Shown here one piece after another: positions 1 through 13,525 of a DNA stretch of 64,000 nt. Positions within the stretch are counted from its first letter, which is position 1. The number at the start of each line of letters is the position of its first letter. Under the pieces are notes generated by a model. That model was given only the letters and a program-made list of their open reading frames with translations, had not been told where the DNA came from and did not search any database. Source of the stretch: Octopus bimaculoides (Eukaryota); assembly GCF_001194135.2 (NCBI RefSeq), contig NC_068983.1:28937027-29001026 (forward strand), read 5' to 3'. A program made the translations under genes and the position numbers.

Positions 1-570
1 GTTGTTGTTGCCTTTGCTCCTGGGCTACTGGGCATGTGTTTCGAAGGTGAGTTTTGCTACTACAAACGTAGCAAACTGGCCTTCTGCCTTCGACGGCAAC
101 ATGGAAACTTGAATCCTCTGTTAATTGGATTCTGTGTGGAATTTTGTCATAATTTATTGGATCAACTTGTACCAGGAGTTGAAATTCCTGGCCAATCCAG
201 TTTTCATTGTACATGGCAGATGCTTCTAAAATGTTTATTTCCTCCTCTATGCCGAGACATATGGCAGATACGAGCCATCCTTCCTCAATTTCAGGAGGCA
301 CATTCGAAATCTTTATCTTCGTAACCCTACGACCAAGGTACGTAGGGATCATGAGCAGGTTCTCGTGTTGTAATGACTTTGTGGAGAGGTCCTTGGCTCG
401 CTGCTCGCTGTCAAGTCTTACTTCTATTGTTGCGAACTTCGTTCCTCTCGTTATATAAGTTTTATAAGACTATAGGGGCCTTAGGCACTTCTCAACCTTT
501 TCTTGAGTAACCCTTCATACTTCTGCAGTCAAACTCTCTCGTGTTTGCGGCATAATAAAATATATTCAAT
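1..570 (-). mobile_element. L1/Tx1-like non-LTR retrotransposon ORF1 (gag-like) relic with CCHC zinc knuckle; runs off the window edge
   Basis: Minus frame is open from 469 to the edge: SYKTYITRGTKFATIEVRLDSEQRAKDL...KIKISNVPPEIEEGWL...EGRRPVCYVCSSKTHLRNTCPVAQEQRQQQ. CX2CX4HX4C lies at 73..32. In-frame stops occur upstream (TAG 472-470). Absent from the ORF track because it has no stop in the window. Confidence 0.7.
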
Positions 571-2327
571 TTATGCTGTAAAGAGATTGGTGATATGTAG
601 GACATCCAGCTGCGAAAACTATGCCAAATTTCATGAATTACAAGACAACACAGACTGGCAGATTTCTTTGTTGATGTGTGTTTCAGAAGATAAAGGGAAC
701 AAGGAGCAAGACATTGTGAGACATGTCAACCCCATGCCAGCATGGAAAAGCAAGTGTAATAATGATGCAGATGATGGTGGTGGTGGTAGTGACGACGACG
801 ATGACAACAATGATGATGATGGTGTTGATAATGATGAGGATGATGTATAAGTACATTCATTGATAATACCACAATGAGAAATCCCAAAACATCATGAATC
901 CATACTAAATCAAAACAAAATTACATAAAATATAAACTAAATGCCAAATCTCATTTATCACCTCTACTAATAAATCTCAATACAGATGTGATGAATTCTT
1001 TGTACACATTAATATTGACATCGGTATTACAACTTTTAGCTGTTTGCAAATTTTCAAGCTTACATGATAGTATCTTAGACTTATAAACATATGGCATTTT
1101 GCATATAGATGTGAAATAAGAAGCTTACAATGCTACATATTATAACAGAGTTAACTCTATTGTGAATATATTTCTACTGAAATACCCTGGTGTAGCCATC
1201 TGGTTCACCAGTCCTCAGTCAAATCGTCCAACCCATGCTAGCATGGAAAGCGGACGATAAATGATGATGATGATAACAATGCAATATTTCCTTCCTTTTT
1301 TGACATGGCAGAGTGTGATATGAAAGAGATGCGGCTTCTTGTTTTAGTATGTACTGGTTTTCTTGTTGATGCAAGAATTTGGAGGGTTTTAATAAACTAA
1401 TCAGGTTTGTCGTTGTTAAAATGACATCTGAACGCAGTGAATTAGCAGAATCATTACAGTGTTGCGTAAAATGCCTTGCATTCTTTATTCCAACCCCTTA
1501 CATTCTGAGTTCAAATCACTCCAAAATCAACTTTGGCTTTCATCCTTCTTAGGTCAATAAAGTACCAGTCAAGAACCAGTATTGATTGTTGTTTTAACTG
1601 GTTATTCCCTTTTTTCTCTAAATTTCAGGCCTTGTGTTTATAATTGTTAAAAACAATTATTAAACCAGCATTTGGAATATAATTTAATGAAAGGCTCTGA
1701 CGCATACAATTATAATATGAAGCTTTAATTTAAATTTAAGCACTTTAACATGGAAGATCTTGTGTTGTAGGACCAGAGGCCATCTTAGGCAGGCTGTTGT
1801 CAAAAGAGTTAAGCAATTAAAAAAGAAACCAGATCAAGGAAGTAATTCTTATTAAGAAACAAGAAATGTGTGCTACATTTAGTTATACAATAGTATTGTA
1901 ACACATATACACAACTGTTTGTTATACAATAATACCATATACACACAACTTTTAGTTATACAATAATATCATACACACATATGAATAACTTTAACTATAC
2001 AATAGCATTATACACACATATATGTAAGTTTTAGTTACACAATAGCGTTAAACGAACATATACACAGCTTTTAGTTTTTACAGTTGCATCATATATGCTA
2101 TTTTGATAAGTTTTCCTCATACAATAATATCGTACACACATACACATAACTTTTAGTTTTACAATGGCGCCATAAGCATATACAGAAATAGTACATAGAA
2201 AAACACCTTGATAAATTATTTCCTTATGCATCAACAAGAAAACCAGTACATACTAGAACAAGAAGCCGCATCTCTTTCATATCACACTCTGCCATGTCAA
2301 AAAAGGAAGGAAATATTGCATTGTTAT

Positions 2328-2690
2328 CATCATCATCGTTTAACGTCCGCTTTCCATGCTAGCATGGGTTGGACGATTTGACTGAGGACTGGTGAACCAG
2401 ATGGCTACACCAGGCTCCAATCTGATTTGGCAGAGTTTCTACTGCTGGACGTCCTTCCTAATGCCAACCACTCTGAGAGTGTAGTGGGTGCTTTTACGTG
2501 CCACCAGCACGAGGGCCAGTCAGGCAGTACTGGCAACAGCCATGCTCAAAATGGTGTATTTTACGTGCCACCTGCACAGGAGCCAGTCCAGCGGCACTGG
2601 CAACGATCTCGCTCGAATGTCTTTACACGTGCCACCGGCACAAGTACCAGGAAGGCGACGCTGGGCACAGGTGCCAAAGACAAAATGATC
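2328..2690 (-). mobile_element. Non-autonomous repeat with RTE-like 3' tail ending ...CCAACCCATGCTAGCATGGAAAGCGGACGTTAAACGATGATGATG
   Basis: Same sequence recurs at about 1186-1270(+), 3413-3572(-), 43200-43349(-), 43592-43876(+), 47575-47745(+), 48553-48750(+), 50990-51310(+), 57945-58115(+) and 59935-60310(+). It has a (GAT)n tail. Its upstream part matches the sequence following RTE C-terminal coding fragments at 24263 and 28446. Confidence 0.75.
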
Positions 2691-4343
2691 GTGGCTTCAA
2701 TACCTGTGATCATTAGTCTGCTTAATTATGGCTGAGAAGCAGTTACACAAGAATTCACTCCAAAACACGTTAACTCACATAGCTATGCACACAAAATTAC
2801 CCAACTTCCAGTTAATTTTTCTGTATATCTAACTCTTCTAAAATCCCCGTAGAGACTGAAACACATTCACACTACCAAATGCAAACATAACCATCAAAGT
2901 TATATTTATAGTGCATCCTATGACCTGAAAGATTTGTTGGATAAGAGACTAAACCAATTTTCTGTTGTAGAACAATTATATCTGAAATAATCAACCCTAC
3001 ACATTCTTCTTCGTTTTTTTCTTTCTCTTCTGCCTCTTTTGTTTCTTCTTATTCCTCTTCTTCATTTCCATACTGAACTGTACTCAGTGCCAAATTTGTA
3101 ACTTTATATTCCCTTCTTGGGTAAAGACATGCACTAAGGCTCCTATATACGCAACCACAAGATATATAAGTGAACACTGAGCTGTGGTGACCTTCCACCG
3201 CCCCCTGGCAACAACCCAGTATGCCTATGCATTAAGACAGGACTAACAGTCACACCACCTTGTTCAGTCATAAGACAGGCCCAGTAGCATATCTGCTTCT
3301 TGTGAGAAGAGTGTACTAAGCACTCATTCAACCCTTCTTCATTTCTGAAAAAAAGGGTTCACAATGAGTGATCTGCTACAATCCTCCCCATGGCACAAAA
3401 GCAACATTATCATCATCATCATCGTCGTTTAACGTCCACTTTCCATGCTAGCATGGGTTGGACGATTTGACTGAGGACTGGTGGACCAGGAGGCGACACC
3501 AGGCTCCAATCTGATTTGGCAGAGTTTCTACAGCTGGATGCCCGTCCTAACGCCAACCATTCCGCCAACCAATTTCAAAATACAGGGAGAGAGAGAAAAG
3601 GAGAGAAAAATTAACCCCAGTAAAAAAATTAACTCAGGAACTTTATCTATAAACTCTAAAAGGATGGATAAAAGGTAAAACATTAAAAAAAATGGGCAAT
3701 GGATTAAGGTCATCACTCAAGTAGGGAACAAGAGGATTTGAACTCAGAAAGCAAAGAACTGGAACAAATACTTGAAAGCATCTCTTCCAGTGCTCTAACA
3801 TTCTTGCCAGCCCATCACCCAAGATTTATATATTAGTTCCAAATTTTGGCACAAAGCCAGAAATTTAGTGGAAGAGGGTAAGTTGATTACATTGACCCCA
3901 GTACTCAACTGGTACTTATTTTATTGACCCCAAAAAGAGATGAAAAGCAAAGTCAACCTCAGCAGCATTTGAACTTAGAATGTAACAATGGACAAAATGC
4001 TTAGCAGCATTTTGTCTGGCACGGTAATGATTTTTCTAGCTCACTTTCTTCTGTAGCCTTACACATTGACCCTCGGAAAGATGACTGAAAAACATTTGCC
4101 TTCAGTAGGATTCCAACTCAGAATGCAAAGAACCAGAATAAATTGATATTGAATTTTTGAAAGTGATAGAGAAGAGCATAAAAATAGGAGTGTGTGTTAT
4201 TCATGCCTTTTCTAAAGACATTAGTAGTGTGAAGGGAAGTGAAATGACACTAGAACCAGAAACTGAGTCAGGGTTGTGAACTTGGATCACCATCTAATTT
4301 GATTTGACAAGAGATTACATTCATTTTATGGAACAGCTCACAC

Positions 4344-4365
4344 ATGCACATACACACACACACAC

Positions 4366-4406
<41 letters not shown>

Positions 4407-4648
4407 TCACACCGCACATACATACACACATTATATCACATATGCACATATACTAAATCATATACATACACACTACACCGCATGTGTGAGCATACACACA
4501 CAAACACACGCACACACACACCGCACATACATACACACATTATATCGCATGTGCACACNNNNNNNNNNNNNNNNNNNNNNNNNNNNNNNNNNNNNNNNNN
4601 NNNNNNNNNNNNNNNNNNNNNNNNNNNNGCACATACACACACACACAC

Positions 4649-4689
<41 letters not shown>

Positions 4690-5783
4690 TCACACCGCAC
4701 ATACATACACACATTATATCACATATGCACATATACTAAATCATATACATACACACTACACCGCATGTGTGAGCATACACACACAAACACACGCACACAC
4801 ACACCGCACATACATACACACATTATATCGCATGTGCACACATACTACATCATATGCATACACACTACATCGCATGTGTGAGCATACATAAATACACACA
4901 CACACCAGACCACATATGCACACATACATACACTAGATTACACATAACATATATCATGCACAAACATACACTAGACTGCTAATCTTACGTGCACATACAC
5001 ACATTTCATAAATGCATACACAATTCTCACATGTGCATACTCACAGTCCATACATCAAGCACAAACAAGATAACACATCTCATACATCACTACACACATA
5101 TACACACACACAAGCCAACAAAGAAGCCTCTATGTGGTCACTTGACTTACTGAAAATAGCAGCCAAATTTCTCTTACATCAACCCTACCATCTGGGAACA
5201 TTGGATAATACAGTCCGGAACTAAAGTCTGGAATTATACCTATATCATCTTTGATCTAATGTTTGCCAGACCAGTATCAGCCTGGTGTTATCTAATAACA
5301 ACAACAACAGGCATACAAACTACATGTCTCACCACTCGTACAATGTATACTTCATTAGACATACATACACATGTATACATACGCACACATTACATTACCA
5401 CACATACAAAGCACACAATTTACTATGCATACACATTTCACCATCTTTACCACATGTATCACATTTCATCACATGCACACATACATACACATATTCTCAT
5501 CATATAAACACATCGCATATTTCACCATAAACATTACATACTCACGCACACATAACATATCCATTAGCAGCAGCCAAATTTCTCTCAAATCATGTCCTAT
5601 CATCTTAAACATCTTAAAATACATCCCATACTTCTTCATACACATCACATATTTCAGTACACATACACACACAACACACATTTCACAATACACACACACA
5701 CACACACACACACACATCACATATCTTACTAAAGGCATCATGTATTTCCCCACATACCATATACCACACCAAAAACACACAAA

Positions 5784-5822
<39 letters not shown>

Positions 5823-6000
5823 TACCATATATTTCACTGCACACATTACACACCACACCACATCATCACACTACACACATTACATACTGCAGTGCAAAAA
5901 CATCACATACTTCACCCCACGCAGCACAAAAGTCACCACACACATTACATACTCCACCACACACATTACATAGCTCACCACGCACATCGCATGCATCCCA
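4344..6000. repeat. Long compound (CA)n/(TA)n-derived low-complexity block
   Basis: Nearly continuous CA/CACAT/TA repeats; source of the HT/CV-rich pseudo-ORFs; contains an N gap at 4559-4628. Confidence 0.95.
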
Positions 6001-7638
6001 ATGGAAGAAATTAATTTATATTGATTATATCACACTAAAGAATAAGAGAATTATTGACTTCAAACCCAATTTGGATATTTTAAAATTACATGTTGTTGTT
6101 GTTACTGCTGCTGTTGTTTAGCTCAGTTCAGCTCTAATCAAGCAGGCTTGCAATTACATGCATTGCATTTATGACCTAACCAAATTTTTATCTGTATATA
6201 CTGGCACTCCATCAGTTATGGACAATTGGGGTTCCAACTGACCCAATCAATAGGACAGCCTGCTCATGAGATTAATGTGCAAGTGGCTGAGCGCTCCACA
6301 GACATGCATACCCTTAATGTAGTTCTCAGGGAAATTCAGCATGACACAAAATGTGATAAAGGCTGGCCCTTTGAATTACAGGTACAACTCATTTTTGCCA
6401 GATGAGTAGTAACATGAAATAAAGTGACTAGCACAAGAACACAATGCACGGCCAAGAATTGAACTTATGATCTTACAATTGTGAGCTGATTACCTTAAGC
6501 ACTAGGCCATATGCCTTCACAAAGACATTATCCAATGTGTCTTTTGCTCCATGAAATGAAGTGTCTTATTCAAGGACACAACACACTGCCAGGAATTGAA
6601 CTCATGACCTTATGGTCGTGAGCCATTTACTCGAACCACTAAGCTACACACCTTTCACAAATACATTATCCAATGTGTCCTTTGCTCATTTATGACTGTG
6701 GATGTACAACTTGAGTGAGATTTGGTTGCTATTTCTTCCAGATTACATAACTATATACAGCCTCCTTTGTTGACTCTAAAGATTATGTAAAGACAATCTC
6801 AAGCTGTCTGAAATTATTATAGCTCATATTTTCTTTCTAAGAACTAGTATATGTAATACTCTTTTACCATCAACAGAAGCTATTATCAATAGAGATCTTT
6901 AAAAGCTATTCATTTATATTCATTTTTAAACATAACTGAGAACATGTTAAATGTCAGATAGTATATTTATCATTATCATCATTACTGACAGTTTTTTAAT
7001 TTTTTTTTTTTTTTTTATCAATGCTAACATGGTTTTAGACATATCTGAAGTGTAAACTATTTGAATTGACAATTCACTGTCAATTCTCCCAAACACCTTT
7101 TTAATATCTATTGAATTACATCGTATAAATGTAGAATTACATCAGAGAAAGCACTTGTAAAATACAAATAGATAAATATCATTTAATAACTAGTAGATTA
7201 ACTTAAATTGTTTTAGGGCCTTCCAATTTAAAAAAGAAAAAAAGTAATAACCTCATAAACTTTATAAAATTAGTTTAAATCAATTTTATTTGAACTTCCA
7301 TAACTTCAACAGCAAAACTTTAATTTTAAAGATTTATTAGCATTGCTCTACAAAAATATATTACAATATTTATGTCTGGATATTTGAAGCTGCAATTCAT
7401 ATTCTCAATCCTACTTTACACAATTGTGGTTTCAAATATATGTGCAGGTGTGGTTGTGTGGTAAGAAGCTTGCTTCCCAACTACATGGTTCCAGGTTCAG
7501 TCCCACTGCATGGTAACTTGGGAAAGTGTCTTCTACTATAGAAGTGTCTTCTACATATACACTGTTATTATATTCACTTATATGTTATTTCTCATTGGCA
7601 CTGCAAACAATGGAATGATAAAAATTTTGTTGTACAGA

Positions 7639-8040
7639 GGTGCAGGTGTGGCTGTGTGGTAAGAAGCTTGCTACCCAACCACATGGTTCCAGGTTCAGCG
7701 TGGTACCTCGGGCAAGTGTCTTCTACTATAGCCTTGGGCCGACCAAAGCCTTGTGAGTGGATTTGGTAGACAGAAACTGAAAGAAGCCTGTCATATATAA
7801 ATGTATGTGTGTGTGCGTATGTGTGCATGAGTGTGTTTTTGTGTTTGTCCCTACCCCCCTCACCACTTGACAACCAGTGTTGGTATCTTTACATTCCCAT
7901 AACTTATAGGTTCAGCAAAAGAGACCAATAGAATAAGTACAATGCTTAAAAAGAAAAAGAAATCCTGGGGTTGATTCGTTCAGCCAATACTCCAGCATGG
8001 CCACAGTCAAATGACTGAAACAAGTAAAAGAATAAAAGAA
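7639..8040 (+). mobile_element. tRNA-derived SINE family A (central microsatellite, GAGTAAAA-type tail)
   Basis: A-box-like TGGCTGTGTGG and B-box-like GGTTCAG head, body ...CCTTGGGCAAGTGTCTTCTACTATAGCC..., tail GACTGAAACAAGTAAAAG; multi-copy in window. Confidence 0.8.
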
Positions 8041-8699
8041 TCTATAACCTGATCGCTGACACAACTCTACATTTATAAAAACATTTCATAATCAGCTGAG
8101 GAGTTTAGAATTACTTCAGGAAGAATGATGTAGTTCTCTTTGTATCCAAAAAATGTAATGATAGGGTAAATAGTGATGCTGCTGTCAAAAATAGGGAACA
8201 TATACCATCAAATGATCTTGAGCTATATTCATGAATTGGTGAATGAAAAACTATATAAAGTGCAGGTAGGATTCAAAAACTTAAAAGCTGATCCAGAAAT
8301 TAAATGTTTGCTTTACAACAGCAACACAATATAGACATACAAGGGATCAGGGATATCTAAGCAGCATTATATTGCCACTTTGTTCCTCAGGGCAAATCAG
8401 TGCACTAGACTAGAGTTACTACATACTTAGCTGAAGCATGCATACATTGGGCTCCTGGACCTATAAGAGCCTTGGGTAAGTGCTCATAGTACCCACACTA
8501 TGACAGGGCACTACCAGAGATATCAAGTATTACTGACATTTGATATCTTTGGTAGGAGAGCATCCAGCCATAAGAATGATGCCAAAGCAGAATATAGAGC
8601 ACAATGCAGTCCTTGAACTCATCAGATCTTGTTAAACTGTCCAGTCCATGTTAGTGTGAAACATAGATGTTACCAGGTGATGATGGTAACTGACAATCA

Positions 8700-9060
8700 G
8701 TTTTATTGATTTAATAAAGCCTTCAATAGCATCTACAGAACTACTTTCTGAAAGATTCTAATTTCTTATGGAGAACAATGAAGGATTGAAGTTTTATGTA
8801 TAAAATACAGTCATCTTTCAAACCTCCAATTTGATGCTGCCATTAAAAATCTAGTAAACAAGTTCCCAAGATCTCAATAGATCAACACCAACTCAGTTTG
8901 ACTGGTAACAACACAAAAGAACTTAGTATTGACAGGTGAGATCATCTCACCATTAATACTAAGGAAATATGAGAGAATATGCTGGTAAGCAACCACCCTC
9001 TATGTATTAATATAATCATTAACCAAAAGACTGAAGAATACCCATGCACAATCAATCCAT
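8700..9060 (+). mobile_element. Heavily decayed RTE-like RT fragment
   Basis: Residual KAFNSIYRTTF*KILISYG resembles the KAFDS.....LW..L..YG RT motif; many indels. Confidence 0.35.
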
Positions 9061-11470
9061 TCCAAAGTGACACTGCTCATAATTATTGTAATGTAGTGGT
9101 TGGCATTATGAACAAAATCCAGCTGTAAAACCCATGCTGGAGAAGACATTGGAACTCAATGCAGTCCTTGAACACATCAGATCCTGTCAAACTATCCAAC
9201 CCATGCCAGTACGAGACATGATGATGATGACCTCAGTCTGTCATTGTTGACCATGCATTTGCATATGTACATGCTGGGACAGGTAAAGATTTTGGAGAAA
9301 GACTAGCCATTGTTCATCTGTACAACTCTTCTCTCAACATACCATCAATGTTTGTCTATAAGCAACAGCTTCTGACTTGAACTAATAGAGCTTGATGCCA
9401 GTATTGTCATAGACATTACTGTCAGAATACAAAGGGCCAGAACAAATACTGCAAGACATTTTGCCCAATTCTCTAACAGTTATGTTGATTCACTGCTCTG
9501 GATTGGTAAAGCACCAGAAATAGCCGGGAAAAATTTTAAACGAAAGTAATTTTTCTTTGAGATAGGTGCAGGCATAGCTGTAGAGAAAACTGTTGCTTCT
9601 TGATTATATGGTTCGGGGTTCAGTTCTACTGAATGTCACCTAAGGCAAGTGTCTACTACTTGCCCCAGGTCAACCAAAACCTCATGAGTGGATTTGGTAA
9701 ACAGAAACTGAAAGAAGCCCATTGCATATGTGTGTGTATGTGTGAGCATGTGTGTATGTGTGAGCATATATGTGTGTGAGTGAGTGAGTGAGTGAGTGTG
9801 TGTGTGTATGTGTGTGTGTGCATGTGTGTATGTGCATGTGTGTGTGTGTATGTGTGTATGTGTGTATGATGTATGATTGTATCTCCTTGTCTTAACATAA
9901 CTTGAAAGGTGTAAATGTGTATTGCTGTCATACTCATAGCATCATCCATTTCCAGTATTCTTCAGAAACATGTCTAACCATGGTGAAATATTACCTTGCT
10001 TAGAAACAGGTGAGGATTGGTGACAGGAAAGACATCCAGCCATAGAAAATAATACCGTAATAAACTTCATCCAACCCATGCAATCATGAAAAAGCAGATG
10101 TTGAATCAATACTGACAGAGATGATTCAAAATCCAGTTTTCTAACTCCAGCATTTCATCAATACTGTTTGCTATATTTCAACAAAATATGTGGCATCTCA
10201 AACTGTGCTATGAAAAGCGACTTGTGTTTGAAAGTAGCTGTCTATGTCAGTCTCTTGGCATCTGATGGAAAAACTTAAGAATCTGTAAATGATACTCAAA
10301 CTAAGTAGGTAATAATGCTTCAAGATTTATATCATTAAGACATAACAATCATGTGCTATGTACACAAGCATCTAAGAAAGCAGAAGAAAATAAAAAATCT
10401 CAAAAGAGAACAAGTGCAAGCAACTAGCGGAAAATCATGCAAAATATTTGAATGGTAAACTATTGAGAGAGTAACATGTCTGTACTCACTACAAACAGTA
10501 TGAAAATAGGCTGGAGTATTCTTACTGCCTTATGTGTCTCAAGGTGTAAGTCACTGAGCTTATGTCTGAGTCAAGTAGTCTAAGAAGAAACCAGACTGCA
10601 ATAACGAAGACTAAATCATAATCATAGTTCAACAATTGTTATCATAGCAAAGAAGATGTTTTTAATTCCAGGCCTCTTAACTCACCTAAACTTGTCTGTT
10701 TCTTAGATTTATGCTTCACAATGAGAAAATTGGCCATTTCTTTTCAGATTTTGTACACATATCCTTTACCATTATCACTTATTTTTTCCACAATATGTCT
10801 GTTAGTTGTGGCAGAGTATATAATGTGAGTGTTAATAGATGCATGAATTTCTCCCTTTATATAACTTATTGTAGTATTACTGCATAACTCTCTCTCTCTC
10901 TCTCTCTCTCCTCACTCTCTCTTCATGTATATAACATATATTACCATCAGAAACACATCCACCCATTTTTGTGTATATGAACATTTTTAAAAGCAAGAAC
11001 AGCATAGCTACAAGTTGAATATGTCCGCACCAACAAAGATTGACAGAAAAATAAACAAATACAAATATCCATTGTTAATTTAGACTTCATAAAATACTAT
11101 AATTCTATTGATGCTAAACAACCTGGAGACACTACAAGCCAAACTAGATTTCATAAATCTATTTATTGATGTAATAGCACATGACTACAACAAGCCACAA
11201 ACCAGCTCACAAGCATTTGCAACTGAAATTGGAAGTAATATAACAACAAATTTAGTTTTCTTTTCATATTTATTATTAGAATAAAAGAAATATTTTTTGT
11301 TATTGTTATCCAAGTTTATCTTTCTTCATTAAAACTTTCAGAATTTTAATTATACAAAATGTATGATTCTTTCTCAACTAGACATAATTAAGCATTCTTT
11401 TCTTAATTTTAAGGCAAACATTAGTGTCATATTCTGTTACCTAGTTGAAGGGTATGCATCAGAGATTTAT

Positions 11471-11519
<49 letters not shown>

Positions 11520-12022
11520 TGTGTGTGTGTGTGCATGTTCCTGTGTGTGTTTGTGCTATAGTATGCATGTTTCACTGTGAGTGTATATTGCTGTTTTCTC
11601 AAACCAGTTAGTTTTCTGATAAAAACAAATCAATACTTTCATTTCTAGTAATTGATATACTTAGCATATTATATGAGCTAAGTAATCAACAATACATCAA
11701 AAGAGGTCGTATTGTTTGATATTTTATTAAAAAGAAGCTTTTCAAAGATGCCAAAACCCTTACAATCATATTTTCAAACCTTTTAATATTTATCAGTAAA
11801 AAATTTAACCACATACATGTTTTATTAAACTGCTACACAATGCTACTTACTTCATCAGAAGGTGATCTTTAGCATGCACTGAATGGATGCATTGCAGCAT
11901 GCTGCAAGGCAGGGTTGAGAATTATGAATTAATATTGTGAAGAGAGACATTGGTCCTCACAAGAAAGTCTTCCCAGTTCACTCTTCGTGTTAGTGGAACA
12001 CCAATGAAGCAAGTGGAGAACT

Positions 12023-12335
12023 TTAACCTTTTAATATTCACATTATTCTGTCAAATGTGATGCATATGTATTCACATTGTTTTGAATAATCATGCATTAT
12101 CTTATAGTTTAGAGATTTCAATGATGTAACTGTTTAGCTTTAGAATGAAATTGTAGGGTTAAGGTGAGAGGCTGGATCTGGCCAGTTTCAAAATGAAACA
12201 AATATTTCGGCCTGATATGGCCAGTTTGAATGCTAAAGGGTCATTGAATGCTAAAGGGTCATTGAATGCTAAAGGGTCATTGAATGCTAAAGGGTCATTG
12301 AATGCTAAAGGGTCATTGAATGCTAAAGGGTCATT
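12023..12335. mobile_element. piggyBac-type (TTAA) MITE with tandemly amplified right terminus
   Basis: TTAA at 12023-26 followed by CCTTTTAATATTC; internal sequence shared with copies at 25048 and 40176; right end is 6 copies of TTGAATGCTAAAGGGTCA. Confidence 0.65.
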
Positions 12336-12379
12336 CTTTTGTTCTTACTTTTTATTATCATTATTATTATTATATTATA

Positions 12380-12810
12380 GGAGCAAGAGTGGCTATGTGG
12401 TAAGTAGTTTGCTTACCAACTATATGGTTCTGGGTTCAGTCCAACTGTGTGGCGCCTTGGGCAACTGTCTTCTGCTATAGCCTAAGGCCAACCAAAGCCT
12501 TGTGAGTGGATTTCTGGTAGACAGAAAAGGCAGCGAGCTGGCAGAAACATTACCCCGCCAGGCGAAATGCTTAGCAGTATGTCGTCTGCCATTATGTTTT
12601 GAGTTCAAATTCTGCCGAGGTCGACTTTGCCTTTCATCTTTTCAGGGTCGATAAATTAAGTACCAGTTACGCACTGGGATCGATATAATCAACTTAGTCT
12701 CTTTGTCTATCCTTGTTTGTCCCCTCTATGTTTAGCCCATTGTGGCCAATAATAAAATAAGAAACTGAAAGAAGCCCATCATATGTGTGTGTGTGTGTGT
12801 GTGTGTGTGT
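12380..12810 (+). mobile_element. SINE family A interrupted by SINE family C (12529-12760)
   Basis: Family A head and body break at GTAGACAGAAAA and resume at GAAACTGAAAGAAGCCC after 12760. Confidence 0.7.
12529..12760 (+). mobile_element. SINE family C with Deu/Nin-like core (GAGGTCGACTTTGCCTTTCATC...GGGTCGATAAATTAAGTACCAG)
   Basis: tRNA-like head with GAGTTCAAATTC B-box; core resembles the conserved Nin/Deu SINE domain (from recall). Other copies lie at about 1430-1640, 3790-4040, 33333-33562, 33616-33832, 51315-51450 and 56165-56290. Confidence 0.7.
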
Positions 12811-13046
12811 NNNNNNNNNNNNNNNNNNNNNNNNNNNNNNNNNNNNNNNNNNNNNNNNNNNNNNNNNNNNNNNNNNNNNNNNNNNNNNNNNNNNNNNNNN
12901 NNNNNNNNNNNNNNNNNNNNNNNNNNNNNNNNNNNNNNNNNNNNNNNNNNNNNNNNNNNATATATATATATATATATATATTTTATACAAAATTAAGGAT
13001 AAAAATAACTTTGATGATTTTATCAAGTGGCCAGCATGAAATAAAA

Positions 13047-13087
<41 letters not shown>

Positions 13088-13451
13088 GGAGGGGGAGGAA
13101 ATTATGTGGATAAACAAGGTAAATATGACAGCTTAGATTTGATATACAATATATATATATATATATATGAATACATGCAAAACAAGAGAAAGCAAAGACT
13201 GAAGACTTTCAGACAATTATTTAAGTATAAAAATAAAGATATTTACATTAATAGATCGAACTTACACAGAATACAAATGACTGAGAAAATTTAAGGGAAG
13301 GAAATAAGATGTTATAAGTCTCTCTCATAGTCATTCTTTACCCTCTAGAATTGGTCCCTTGTAAAGACATCAGAGTCTATGTTTGAATACGATTCGAACA
13401 TAGTACTACTAAGTGTTTTCTATACTGAGAATCTCTGGATCTCATCTGTTG

Positions 13452-13494
<43 letters not shown>

Positions 13495-13525
13495 GTATAT
13501 ATATAAAATTATGTATATATACATA

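Noticed and set aside
34-458. Plus-strand ORFs 34..324 and 207..458
   Set aside because: Antisense shadows of the minus-strand CCHC ORF1 relic.
4344-4845. Repeat of about 200 bp either side of the gap at 4559-4628 (similar cases near 24720, 41940 and 43510)
   Set aside because: Sequence repeated across N runs is typical of scaffold overlap artefacts.
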